From Podarcis melisellensis (Eukaryota), in the NCBI GenBank assembly GCA_964234715.1, contig OZ174279.1: a DNA stretch of 64,000 nucleotides, one strand, 5' to 3'. Made by a program: the position numbers and the translations under genes. Of the stretch, positions 1 through 12,967 are shown piece by piece; positions within the stretch are counted from its first letter, which is position 1; each line of letters opens with the position of its first letter. The notes under the pieces are model-generated. The model had not been told where the DNA came from. It saw only the letters and a program-made list of their open reading frames with translations, and did no database searches.

Positions 1-3000
1 GTTGAGAAACCTGATTCCACTGACCCAGCCATCCCACAGGCCCCACTTATTTCCTCCTTGGGTGTACTTGAAAATGCACTTGTCGTCTACAGCCTTAACA
101 ATTCAATAGTTTGAAAAGGAGGCATTTTCAAACGCGGGGCCATCGTATACATGAGAATTTAAACATGACCAAAATTTCTCATGTTTAATTTATGTGACTA
201 AATTAGCAATTTATGGACGGAATTCGCAGTTTCTGAACTCATTAGTACAAAATATGCATTCTGGTAATTTTTATTAATGCCCTGAAAAACCCTGAGCTTT
301 GTGCTCAGTCCGTAATAACATATTGTAAGAAAAGAATGACATAGGCTTGCAGTGAAAGATATTGTGGTCTTCTGTTGCTGTGTGATCTGAAGTTGCAAGT
401 GTAGTCACAGAATTGCATGAGTGGGACCTGTATCCTTGCTCCTCCTGTTCACTCTTCCAGCCAGCCAGCCAGTGCCACAATAACCCAATCCATTCCCCCT
501 CCCACCCAGTTTCCCACCCTCCATTTTACCTGCTTAATAGTAAGTCAGCATTCTGCGGTTACTGAGCACTCTCTTACTTATTGGGCTTTTGTAGGGGAAG
601 GATTCTCCAGCACCACAGGGTTTTTCCCTTGAAGATATTGGGGGGTGTACTTTCGCAAACCATAGGATTCAGCCAAACCTGTATAACACACTGAATAGAT
701 TATAAAGTGAGTGTTGCAGGCCTGTGCCTCTCTGCCTCTTAGTGGGCTGACTGCAGAATCCCAGTACAAACAGGACTCAATTCTCAGCTTGGCTTAGCTT
801 TATCTCCACCTTTCTCAGATCTGCACAGGTGAGAATGCCCACTTCACACTTATTAGTGAAGTAAAGCCATCGCAGTGGGAGTAAAATGAACTCTGAGCAC
901 AACACCATCCCTGAAAAGCCCCCTGTGGGAACTAGCACCAGCACGGAAGAAAGAGACCATAGCTTTCTCATTTTCACCTTGGATGAGTGTCTATAAAAAC
1001 AAGGAGCTCCATGCTGACAGGGATATGCCTAGTGCCAGCTATCCAATCCGGCTGGAAGAAGAGACAATGATGAAACTTATTATGCATAACCACAGAGTGC
1101 AAAGTTATTTGGTCTTCTTGAGACACAGTGCCTCCTGGAGTCCTTTCTGGAGCAGTGCAGGTTATCACTTCCCCTTTGATGGCGAAGGTCAGGCAAATGA
1201 GGATTATGTTAGGTGCAAAGCCTTCCAGGCCTAAGGCATGATCCATAGCACTGAATCTAGGGGTGCTTCCAGATGGGAGCCTTCTATCAAAAGTGGGTGG
1301 TTCAGATTCCATTTGTGCATGTTAGGCACTGTAGCTCCCACACACTCCTCTTTTTGTCCCAAAGTCATGGATAGCAATTGATATTCTGCTGTTGCTGTCT
1401 ATACCAGTGGGTGGTGCTTCATGGGATATATCTGGGCTCTTGTGCTTTTTTGTCCCTCTCCTCCATTACTCCACCACACCCTCTACAGATTTCTGTTTTG
1501 GGCATTCACATAGGTATTTCTGAATCTGTGCATTGTCCCTTAGGAAAAAAAAATCTGCAGGAAGTGTGCAAGAGCCCAACAGCCAAAAGTTTAGTTACCA
1601 CATTTCACAATGGGCAAAATGAAGTGAGGGAGGGCAATATCAATTTTCCTGTGTTTGTTTATTAATTTTTAATACTGCGGTCTTATGCAGGAGTGAAAAT
1701 TACCTGACTAAAGCTTGCACAAGACTGACAAAGGGGGATTGTTGCGAAAGACTTATCATCGTCATCATTATTATTATTGAAAGCCGAATGTATGTACTGC
1801 CATTCTAGCCTCCAAGGTACCAGTTCCCCACATGTACTGTGTGGGGATCATGACAGAATGCCTCCTCTAACTGGGTTGTTAACATTCAAGAGTGCTTTCA
1901 GCATGCAGCAACTGATGGAAATATCATTTGGGCCACCAGAAACAAAATGACTATTCTGTTCAGGTGAAGAGCAGATGGAAGTAAGGGGGTGTAGTGCTAA
2001 AGTCTGCTTACGAAAACAGCACCGTTAATGTGACAAACTGTCCACCTAAACAACAACAAACACATGAATGAGCTTACACACCAGTGAATAGCCTGCTGGA
2101 TCAGACCAATAGTCTATCCAATCCAGGAGCCTTTTCTTACAGTGACCAGCCAGATGCCAAAGGGAAGCTCAAAACAGGACTTTCCCCACTTGCGATTCCC
2201 AGCAGCCGCCAGCAACAATGATGGAAGATATAGAACAGGTTATTTTTTTACTTGTAGGATTTTATGTGATAAGGGGAAATCTAGATTAAGTGTAAAAAAA
2301 TAATGCATGAGTTGGTATTTTAATGATTACAGCTTTATGTGGACATCACACAAAAAAGACTTGTATGCATGACAGTACCCATTTCACAATAAACTCCTGT
2401 CTGGAAGCACCCTGTATTGCCAAACAGGCTTCACTACAACAAGCGATCTGCTTATCTCCAATGGGAGGTGCTGTGTTCACCTCTCCTGAACCAGAAATGG
2501 ATAGACAGAAACACATGGATGGATTGAGATATGTAGAAAGTCATTTACGCCCAAACAAAGAGAGTGAGAGAGATCTTGATATCCATGATGACTCAGAACC
2601 ATAATTAAATGGCTGTTCCCAAGATATTTAGATAAGGGGGTAATTAGTTAATTAGCAACAACACCAATCAGTGGCAGAAAGCACAGCAACTCTGGGAATC
2701 ACCCGCCCCCTTTTTCCCATAGTGAGCACTTCCCAGAGTGGAAGCCTTTTTCATTCCCCTGGTGATGGTGGTCCACATAGGGCTTGGTTGTGCTAAGTGT
2801 CCACCAAGCGCTGGGCTTTGGAGCCACATTGTCTGGGATCCCAACAGGAGCGTGTCCTTCAAAAAACCTTATTCCAAGTAGATCTTCATGATTAGAAGAA
2901 TACAATTTACTGGGATGGTGGTGCGGAAGAGAAGGCAACAGTTCTATGAATCTGTCTCTGGAGTCATATTTCCCTTACTAACCTTGCATCACGTGAGCAA

Positions 3001-3059
3001 GATGAAACCAGTCCCTGGTAAACCATATTTCTTTTAGTAAGACACCTTTTAAGATACTG

Positions 3060-3225
3060 TATTTGACAATGCCTCTTGTCCCCATCTCTTCCGTAAGCTA
3101 AACGTGGCCGGTCCTATTTCCCCTTTATATGTTGTGCATTCTGTAAACCCTTTATTTGTCCTTGTTTCTTTAGTACGAATCCTTTCCAGTTTGTTTGTAT
3201 CTTTATAATGTGGTGGCCAGAAGTG
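3060..3225 (-). mobile_element. CR1 LINE ORF2 fragment
   Basis: Minus-strand translation HFWPPHYKDTNKLERIR..TRTNKG resembles the CR1 ORF2 C-terminal FWxPxYKKDxxKLExVQRRAT motif. Confidence 0.7.
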
Positions 3226-3474
3226 GGTAAAAAAAACCCCTACAAAAAACAATTGAGTCAGCAGCTGTGGCCGCTTGGCAGTGGGAGCCAAATTGTCACA
3301 GCGCAGTGCAAGCTGCTGGGGCTGCAGAGTCAGGGGCGTAATGAGATCTTAATAGTGCAATTACAGCCCATTGATTTACTCAGCACATAATTGGCAGTGG
3401 CAGCAGCTGCCCAGTAATGGATGGCTGTGATTATTGGCAGTGAGGAGTCAGGAAAGACAGCGCTGAATTTTTGA

Positions 3475-3850
3475 GGGGCCATGGCTCAAGCGCATGCTTT
3501 GCATACAGAAGGTCCTGAACACAGAATCAGCTAAAGGGTTTCAGGAAGCAGGCTGGGAACGACCTCTTTCTGAGATCCTGAAGAGCACTGCTGGCCAAGA
3601 GTATGAAATGCTGACCTAGGCAGACCAATGGGTAAGACTGTTTCATATGTGCCCGTGTGGCACAGTAGTTCGAGTGTTGGAATAGGACCTGGGAGGCCAG
3701 GGTTCAAACCCCCAGTCCCCATGAAACTCTTTGGGTAACCTTGGACTATTCACAGTATCTTAGGCAGCCCACCCCGCAGGACTGTTGTGAGGGTAAATTG
3801 GGGAGGAAGAAACCATGTACACCACCTTGAGCTCCTTGGAGGTGTAAATG
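3475..3850 (+). mobile_element. Two adjacent degenerate tRNA-derived SINEs (Squam3-like, then MIR/L2-related)
   Basis: ggggccatggctca..gcatgctttgcatacagaaggtcc resembles the copy at 43758; the second has box A/B-like gtggcacagtagtt...gggttcaaaccc. Confidence 0.6.
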
Positions 3851-5829
3851 CAAGATATAAATATATAATAAGTTAACATACGGGGAGCAAAGTGGTAGCA
3901 GTGGTGGAAGTCATATGCTGGTAACAGCTTATGTTGAGAAATGCTGCAAGAGGAGCAGTAGATGGAAAGGAAAATTGGGGGGGGGGGTTCAGGTGCATCA
4001 AATGGGCTCACTACTTCCTCTCAATCACTCACCGGTGACATTTTTTGTTCTAGCTTTGGATGCATGAGGAAGGATACATGGCAGATGGAATCTAGATGGG
4101 GCAGATCCACTGCAGGATAGTTCATGTACCACTGTAGGTGTCACCTCTGTTACCCTGGCCCCAAGTGCAAGGATGGCTCCTTACAAACACTACAATAAAG
4201 AGCAGTACGTTAGCAGTACCACTTTTGTTTAGGAGGTGGCACGTTGGTCTTCTGTCACAGCTGCATTGAAATTCTGGATTTCTCCATTGATTTCTGTAAG
4301 TAGCTCTCATTTGTGCCCTGGGCAGAAAACGAGAAATGATTGAAACCAGGAACTGCTCTGTCTGCTAATTTTATAAATCTTGTGATCCAGACAGTTTGCA
4401 ATGAGTCACCTGTCTCAATGGCCCTGGTAGGACATGTCCACTCACATTGCCTCTCTTGGCAAGATGAAAAAACAGAGGGACAAGGTGCATTGGGCTTTGT
4501 TGAGAATGTAGTGAGAAAACTTCTTGGCACTGTGGTAGGTCATGAGAAGCCAATGGTTTAAATGTTATCCTTAATGAAAAATGAGATCCTGGTGAGCAAG
4601 AGGGCAGACTTTAGGTACTCTTCATGCAAACATCCCTGAAAGACCTGGTGGCAGCCACATCCATAGCCTATGCTTCACGTTTCACACCACACATAGTTGA
4701 GCAGGCCTGTGAATTTCTGAAAATCCATGTTGAGAAGTAACACAGAAATTTTGAAAGCAAGTTATCCTCTCTGAGGTTTTCATCCCTAATGAAGGTGCTA
4801 ATTGCCCTATTGATTTCCATTAGAACATGGCACTCTTCTTAGGCCTCACATTTACTATTCTGACAGCTCCTGCTCCTTCATAATATGGTCAATAACCATA
4901 GTCCCTAACAGCAGTACTGTGTTTGGAGAAGTGAAACTCATTGTTTATTCACCTGGAATTTAGTTAGTGGCTGTACGTGCAGTCCGGGTCAGGGAGGTGG
5001 ATAAAGTTCCTGCAAAGAATTTCAGACATTCCTTATATTGGATTAAACTTGTCATGCAGCACTGCCTAGCTGTGACATTTCTTCTGGGTCACATAACCTA
5101 AAGTGCTTCTTCTTTTCCCTGCAGCTGGTATTGGACTTTTTTCCCACCCATTGTACTGGGTGTTCTTAAGACCTTGGTACAATAAGCAGCATGCAAACAC
5201 GTCTTGGTCTTGCCTCAGAAGCACAAGGTGTAGAGGCTTCCTATTTTCTTTGCATCTCTGTCACATCTGAAGCTGCTCTGTACAGCTTCTGGTATTGTGC
5301 AATCCAGTCGCCCTATTTGCTGTTCCTTCACGGAACACACGGTGGGGTGGGTGGGTGTTGTATATAGTTAGTGATCTCTTGAGTTCTGTTATTTTGGAAG
5401 CAAATCAAGTGTGTTTCTGCACCATTTCAAATTACAGAGAAAACTTAATATGTAGGGTTTTATCAAATCTGGGAACCAGGAAATGGGAGAATATGTGAAA
5501 CCCATCCAATTCCTTGCAGTATCCTGTCTGCCAGGAAGCCCTGAATTGATTAGAATCGTGATCAAAGGGCTTGTTGTGAATGTCTTCCTCTACAAATTCC
5601 AGAGCCAGTATTGTCTATGCTCAGTCTGGATGTTTGAAGTTTGCCTCTAAGCCTGACACTGTAAAACATAGCTGTCCTTGGGTCAGAAAACAGCAACAAC
5701 AAACCAAATTAATATACAAAACGCTGTCTCAAAACACAAAGACAGAATTGCAAGATGAGAAGGGTTTCTCTCACCCACCCTTCTGGCACAGGCCAGGGAA
5801 TTTCCTCTTGTTAACACTAAGCCCATTCT

Positions 5830-6015
5830 ATTTTTTTTTAATTTTAAAAAAACCTTGTCTTTGGCTACACGTGTCACCTCTAGGAAAGCTCCTGGTTTTG
5901 CTTTGCAACCTAGGAGTGATGGTAAATGCATCCCTTCCCTGGGCAGCTTATTCCAGTGCTTAATCCAATTCATAACCATTGTTGTTCCCAAGTGGGATGT
6001 GTCATGCTTCACCTC
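5830..6015 (-). mobile_element. CR1 LINE 3' fragment
   Basis: Minus-strand translation WNKLPREGMHLPSL resembles the CR1 WNxLPxEVVxxPSLExFK terminal motif. Confidence 0.7.
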
Positions 6016-8089
6016 CCAGCTGTCAGTTCTTGTTGTGCTTCCTTCGCTCTTTAGTGCTCAATTTCTTCTCCCTGGGAAGGTATCTGCCAATGCACTAATT
6101 CCATTGCACCCTTCTCTTTAAGACATTAAACAGATTTGAACCCTTATTGTCTGTGACTCTCAGGCTCTCTCATCTAATTTCTAGATGGAGCAGTGATGGC
6201 GGGGGGGAGGGGGAGGGGGGATACATGGGTGAAGGTCTGAGGATCCTTCCCTGATATTCCATCCCACAGAGATTGAATTGGCCAGAGTATCTCATTTGCA
6301 TGCAGGGGGCTAAATACATTTCAGCTTTCCAGTCACAGCGGGAGAGGAAGGAGGCAACTGCTGCTGCAGTAAATTGCATTTGAATTTACAAGTACCTGCC
6401 TGCTGGCCTGCAGTTTTGAATGTGTTTTGGGGGGAGACAGAGGGAGATTGCTTTTTTAAAAGGCCCATTCAGAACACTGTGATGCTTAAACTCCTTTGGG
6501 GGGGGTTATTTCTACCTTTAAAGTGTTGCCATGTCACCTCCGGAGTCTGTGTTGTCAGTTCGATACAATGGGTGGCATCTTTAACATGCCCTCCAAGAGC
6601 CTGCCACCCCATGGCAGGCCAGAACAAAACAACTGGTGTTGATTCTATGCTATCCAGTGTGCTTTGTGCAATGTTCTTAACCCACAGGTGTAGATTCCTG
6701 CTTTGAATCTAAATAAGTGTGTCAAAGGGGAGTGGAGTTGCAAGTGTGCTTCCCTTTGGCACAAGTGCAGGGTATTCCCCTGGGAAATGCGATCCATTTT
6801 CACCACCCGCTGGCTGTCGGCTGATCCTACCTGTCTCCTGGCTGTTGTCTGCATGCCTCCAGCAGGCACAGCAAGGCCAGCAGCTGTGGAAGCGTCACTC
6901 CCAGGGGCTGGATCCAAGGCCACTTTGGTGCTAATTACTGCCCACAAGCAACAGGGAGGCATGGTGGGCGAGGTGTTTGAAGGATGCATGCTGTGTTGGT
7001 GGTGCTGGCGACCAGCTTGGTGGGAGTGGCTGTGGTGCCATTTAAAATCTAGTGGGCCTTCTTGGCCCCATAGGAGTTTCTTCTGCTCCCAACCCTGGCA
7101 AGATGCAGCTGGAGTCTAGTGTGCTACAGGACATCACAGACTGCCAGGACAGGGATGGCTGGGATAGAGACAGATCTGGAAGGCTTTGGAGGTGTGGCAG
7201 CAGATGTCAGAGCAGCTTTCAAGCTGGGCCCAGTGCGCCATAGGTCTGTGGGCCACCATGTTCAGTCCCAGAAAACCTCTGTTTGCCAGGAAAGGCTTAG
7301 GCTTAGCAGCAGCAGTCGATTGCAGCTGTGCTTAGGACTTATGTGACATGGATAAATTAAAGCAAAAACACTTCTCAGGAAGCCTGCCTAGTGAATGTCA
7401 CACCAACAACCTTTCATCTGTAGAACCTGCACTTGGCTGAAGGGTTAATGCCATTTAACTTATAGCACGGTGGCGTGAGAGAGCCCAGCACTTAGCTATG
7501 TAGTCTCCAGAGGAAAATGAGGCCGACAGTAGACTCTAATAAGGAATCAGAATTCTGTCTTCTAGGAGAAGCAGATCTGAACGGAGCAAAGGAGATAACT
7601 AGAAGGCGATAAAGAGAGGTGGGAGTGAGAGAGAAAGACACAGTCACTTGCACACAGACAATCACTTTGGCAGTCTGGAAGTTTTTAGAAGCTGAACATC
7701 AGGAATGCAGTTGTTGGTATCTCCTCGCTTGTTAGCAAGAGAACTGTGTCCAGGCACTGTGGTGGCTGTTTAGAAAGGGTGGTGTAAAGGGGCAAAAGAT
7801 TTGTTTTTTAAAACTTCCATGCCATTCCTATAAATCTGTAAGGTTGCTTATCTCTTCTGAATTCAATGTTTCCACAGAGAATGGGCTGGGCATGATTTTA
7901 TTTATATACTTCCTAGCTGATATTTCTGGACAAGGTGGCATACAAATAAAAGTTTGCAAAATATCAGCAAAAGAAAAAAATTGCAACCTTCAATCCTTGT
8001 TAAAAATCAATCAACATACTCAGACTGTTCGTTAAAACACTTTTCACAGCACTAGCAACCCACAATCCAAGCCAGAAGGCATTGATCAA

Positions 8090-9070
8090 TAACAGGCTAA
8101 GCAGGAGATATGTATGTAAAAACTTCCAGATAGCTTAATGAATGGCAGCCCTCTCTGGACCCTCTGGAAGGGCACTGCAAAGCTGTGGGGCCACTACGGA
8201 AAAGGTCCTCCCTCTCATGGCCACCAACCTCACTGATGTAGGAGGTGGGTGCATGATGAGAGCCACCACTGCACATCTTGGTGTGTGGGCTGCCTGATGA
8301 TGGGTGCAGGTGGTCCCTCAAACCATTTAAGACTTTAAAGATGAAAGCTAGCCATTTAAATTCAAATCAGAAATGTCACAGTAGCCAGTGTGGCTGGTAT
8401 GGTAAAGATATTACTGAAGCTGACATTGTTATCGCTATCAAAACTTAAGTTTCAAAGGGCAGTCCCACAAAGATCACAATGCACTTGTCAAGCCTGGATG
8501 TGAGCAGGGCACAAAATGTTTGGGCTGAGTTAGACCTATCCAGATAAGGCTGCAGTTGGCATATCAGCCAAAGAATGCACTCCTATCTACCAGCACCACC
8601 TGAGCTTACATAGGTCACACCAAGTCCAGGAGTGCTTCTGAACTGTGTACCCAGTCTTTCAGGGGAGTGCCACCCCATTGAGAACCAGCTCCAAACCTCT
8701 GGAAGGTCAGTCTCCCATTCCACAGGACCTCTGTATTTCTTTGATTCAGCCTCAGTTGGCTAGACCTCCTCCTTCCCAGTGTGACAAGCTAAGGAACCTC
8801 TCTTGGATTGGAAGATGGAAAAGAGAGATAGAGTTGAGTGTCACCAACATACAGCATGCAGCAGACACAATCCAGGCATGACAAAATGGCAGATCTTTCC
8901 TCTGTGGGTGCAATATATATGTGCCTCATACCTCCTTATGGTATAGATGGAAGCGGGGAGTCTGGGGAGCAAATTCTGCACTGCAGGTTCATTATCTCCC
9001 CGCTGGTGACTGGGCAATGAAGACAGGATTTTCCATGGCATGGCTAAAGGCTGGGCAAGATGGTCTGGAG
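8090..9070 (-). mobile_element. Degenerate L2 LINE fragment (approximate boundaries)
   Basis: Resembles the reverse complement of the L2 ORF2 3' region (compare the + strand copy at 15650); recognised by eye only. Confidence 0.5.
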
Positions 9071-11445
9071 CAGTAGGAAGCAATTACCATCCCGCTGAGC
9101 CGAACCCTAATCCCCTCAAACAGCACGAGGGGCTGGCAAGCCAAACACGCCTCAATCAGGTTAAAGTGTGAAGTTGGGATTAGCCAAGAGAATGAGAGCC
9201 TCATAATACCATTGCACCCCCTGCTTGCACCAGGCTCAGCCTGGCCCATAGGGCAGGAGATTAAGTGCTTGGCTTGTCTGCCTGAGTGGGCTCCCCACTG
9301 GGAAAGCTGTGTCCTATGGATGTCAGACAGTTTGGCTTTACTTACTTGCTGAGTGCTGGCCAGGATCTCGCACTGGGAGGCCTCGCTGGCTCCCACAATC
9401 GAGGCACCAATCCCAGCGAGGGATCCCTCCAAGTGGCTCATGTCCAAGACACACAGGGGAGGAGGGATGGCTGAGGCGAAGACCAAAGAGAGGGTGCAAT
9501 GTTGAGGGTGCAGGCTAGCCGGGAAAACTCTCGGTGTCATGATTTGTTTGGTGATGGGATGCGACCACAACTGAAACTGGAAATTGGGTCAGATTGCCCT
9601 GGAGAGGCTGATGGTCATGCTTGTTTTAAAGGAGTCATTGGGTGAAAGAGATGAGCTAACCTTTTCTAAACTAAATGCAGAGGTAATTAAAGGAAATCAG
9701 CATGTTTTCTGGACAAAGTAGTTTAAGTTTTTGCACATCATGTTGTATCAGGAAATATAAACAATGAGGGTGACTTGGGGGTCTGTTGAAATTATTTGCA
9801 GTAGAATGGAAGAGATGTCTTGGAACACCCTTGTCCAAACTGAGCATTCCCATCACATGTGGAAACCCACCCACCCCTGTTTATTGCCTATTTAACATTG
9901 AGCAGTAAAAAGTAACGTAAGCACTTTAGTTTTCTGAACCTCATATTCTATTTGTGTTGCTATTAAAGGGCATTTAGTTCATAGTCAGATGAAGAGCCTG
10001 GGAGATATTTGCCCTGTTCTGTAGTCCTACCAGAATTTGCATTGCTTGAAACATACTTTGTTGTATGCATACTGGTTATGGGGTCTCCTAGTTTTCACTC
10101 ACTAAGAGATGATCCTTCATTCTGTAATAAGGCTGCTTTTCTTGGGGGTCTTGATTTATCTGACTCAGCATAAATGGATGGATGGCAGGATGGTGCAAGT
10201 ACTGGTCAGAACGTTCCTCTACAGCTAGACAAAGCTGTTGCTACAAGCTGTCATTCATCAAGACTGGAGCAATTTGTGTCTGGGAAACTGGCAGCTTAAT
10301 GTTCCTTGGAGTTACTGTGATACTGAATGAAAACAGGTTCATACGTGTACAAGAGGGAGAGAACAGGGTGATTTTCTCCATTATTTCCACTCACCTCTAG
10401 GGCAGCTGCCTCCCTGAAGAGAGGAGTGTGAATATGAACTCTCCAAAGGCAGGGAGGGTGGATGCTTACATTACTCCAAACTATGCTTTGGCTCAACATC
10501 TGTGCAGTAGGTTGCGAGTCCTATTGATTAGGGACAGACCAGACCATGGAGAAGAAAAGATCCAAAAGTGAATAAAAATAGCGATAGAATCAGTCACTGT
10601 GAAGAGCTGGTGGACTCCAACCAAGTCATTTGTAGTAACAATGTTATAGAAAGGTTTGAAGTTCCTAATAATCTCTAATATTCCCAGATTTTTAATTCTG
10701 AGCATGAAGCGATTGGAACTCCTACTTTCTGAAGAACTATGGTTTTAAAAACTTTCAATATGACACAGAATGTGGAGTTGTCTAGAACTCTGAAAGTCCT
10801 CATTAGATGGGAATGTTATTTGTGCTTTGGCATTTTCACAAGGGCCTGGTTGTTCTAAAAGTTTTGTGATCATGCACTCTTTCAGAGGAGAAATGTTGGC
10901 TCCCTGTTCCCAAAGGTTCTTTCCTTGGATTTTCAAGTGCCTCTGGCCAAATGCACCCAATGGATGTTTTATAGGATTGTGTGAATGGGGGCTGGTTCAT
11001 ATACAATGCTAATTCATTATTTATTAGACAATGGTTTATTAAGCCATGGCTTAGTGTTGTGTGTGAACCCAGTCCAGCCGCTTCATTGATGGTTTAAGGT
11101 CACTTGTTAAACAAGGTTTGTAGTTTTAACCTTCGTTAAAATTACCCACAGCTTAGTCCTGTATGTAAACTTAGACCTCTGTCTTAAATATGGTTAAGGA
11201 GCTATTGTGCCCCAAAAGCTACAGATCTGCAGTTGAAAAGTGGCAAAAAAATTGGAACTGCTGTTAAGGGTCAGTTGCTCTGGCTGATGCTTTTAACCAT
11301 TCGGTGGCATAATAAGCTAAGGCTTAAGTGGAAGCCTGACAGGCACCACAGCTTTAACTATGGTTTGTTTTTTAACTATGGTTAATGTTAAACATCACAT
11401 GTGAACCAGACCTATGAGACCCTAGAAACAATTCCCCTTAGGGAA

Positions 11446-11615
11446 CAGTGGCGTAGCGTGAGGGGGTGCAGGGGGGGCCAGCCGCACCGGGCGCAACATC
11501 TGGGGGTTAGGGTTAGGGTGCGCAAATCCATGGGCTAGGGGGCGCAAATCCACGGGTTAGGGGGCGCAAATTACTTGCCTTGCCCCGGGTGCTGACAACC
11601 CACGCTACGCCACTG
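11446..11615. mobile_element. Non-autonomous hAT DNA transposon (MITE, 170 bp) with internal telomere-like repeats
   Basis: Perfect 15-bp TIRs CAGTGGCGTAGCGTG / CACGCTACGCCACTG; perfect 8-bp TSD TTAGGGAA (11438-11445, 11616-11623). Confidence 0.93.
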
Positions 11616-12320
11616 TTAGGGAATAAGGTTAACAAACACTTCTCACTAGCTAGTTGTCAAAAATTGCCATTAAGGTGATGGTGATCCTGAAAGAAATTTA
11701 GAAAAGTAATAGTGGAGCCTGGATTTTCTTTTCTTTTTTAAATTGCCTAGGTAAATAGATCTATATATCAAAGGCCGATGGTGTAGTGGGGCAGTGATGC
11801 TCACCTCCCAATAGCTGAATTGTTGTTGCTGCTTACCAGGTGGTGTGGTCCAAACCCCAGATTGGCTCCAAAGCAGTAGCACCAGGTTGGCACAGCTGAT
11901 GTGATTGCACCATGTCAGCCTCCTCACCCCTCCCAGTTGGCAGCAGCAATTGAACTGTTGAAAGGTCCCACCATGGTCTCTGCTGCTGCTGCTGCTGCTA
12001 CATAGAGATTGGTGAGGGATCCCATCACATGAAAACCCTAGTGCTGTTTTTAGCACCTCCTAATAGTAAATTGCCTCTTTATAGCATACACCATTCACAT
12101 GTGGAATAAACTGAATGAATAGATAAATAAATGTGTCAATCTTTGGAAGTGTTTTGGTCACCCCCAACATTCACATATTACCAGGAAGTTGTCAAGCCTC
12201 TGATAACCCCACAGTGCCTGGGTTGGAGAGATGTTTCAGAGATGAATTGGAGAGGAATACGAAGACGAACATATTCTCAGCTCTAAGCCTTTTCATCTCA
12301 TGCTCCTTAGAAAAGGAGTA

Positions 12321-12967
12321 CAGTCATTAATTTTTTTAAAAAAAATGGATGTACCGTGCTATATTAGAAGCAAAACAACACGCCTTGTTTTGATGAATTG
12401 GAAGAGCCGCAAAAAGGTTCCATTGAGCACATGGATTGATAACATGGACAGATTAGCTACATATGAACGAATTGTATGTCGACGCAAATTAAGAATGGAT
12501 AAATATGAAGAAATCTGGAATGAATATTTAAGTGATAAGGTGGATAGTGGGGGGAAGTGGGGGCGGAGAGAGAGGTGGGAAAATACTGTTAAAAGGGGGC
12601 AGTCATAGGTATATCAGTGTATTTAAATCTGAATTGTCAAATTGTGTTATTGTTGTTATTATGGTTTTTGTTGTAGTTTTTTGTGGTTGTTTGTATTGAA
12701 AAAATGATTAAATAAATTTTAAAAAAATACCTCGTGTTGCGTTTGCTTCAGGTTGAGCATTTTCAGGTTGCGTCCCGTGGCAACCCGGAAGTACCAGAAA
12801 GGGTTACTTCTGGGTTTCGGCACTCGCGCATGCGCAGACACTCAAAATTATGTCATGCACAGAAGCAGCAAATTGCGACCCGCACATGCGCAGACGCGGG
12901 TTGCAGTTTGCTCGGGTTGCGAATGGGGCTCCGGAACAGATCCTGTTCACAACCAGAGGTACCACTG
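12321..12967. mobile_element. Tc1/mariner (Tigger-like) non-autonomous element, left TIR interrupted by an L1 fragment
   Basis: Right end GAGGTACCACTG|TA; left end TA|CAGTCA at 12319-12326 resumes as TACCTCGTGTTGCG at 12728; CpG-rich body. Confidence 0.8.
12340..12727 (+). mobile_element. 5'-truncated L1/Tx1-clade LINE 3' end
   Basis: Peptide KWMYRAILEAK/RLVLMNWKSRKKVPLSTWIDNMDRLATYE...KYEEIW (one small frameshift) is typical of a non-mammalian L1 ORF2 C-terminus; T/G-rich UTR, AATAAA and A-tail follow. Confidence 0.75.

Noticed and set aside
8992-9570. 192-aa minus-strand ORF in intron 4
   Set aside because: Non-ATG start, no domain similarity, adjoins decayed LINE sequence
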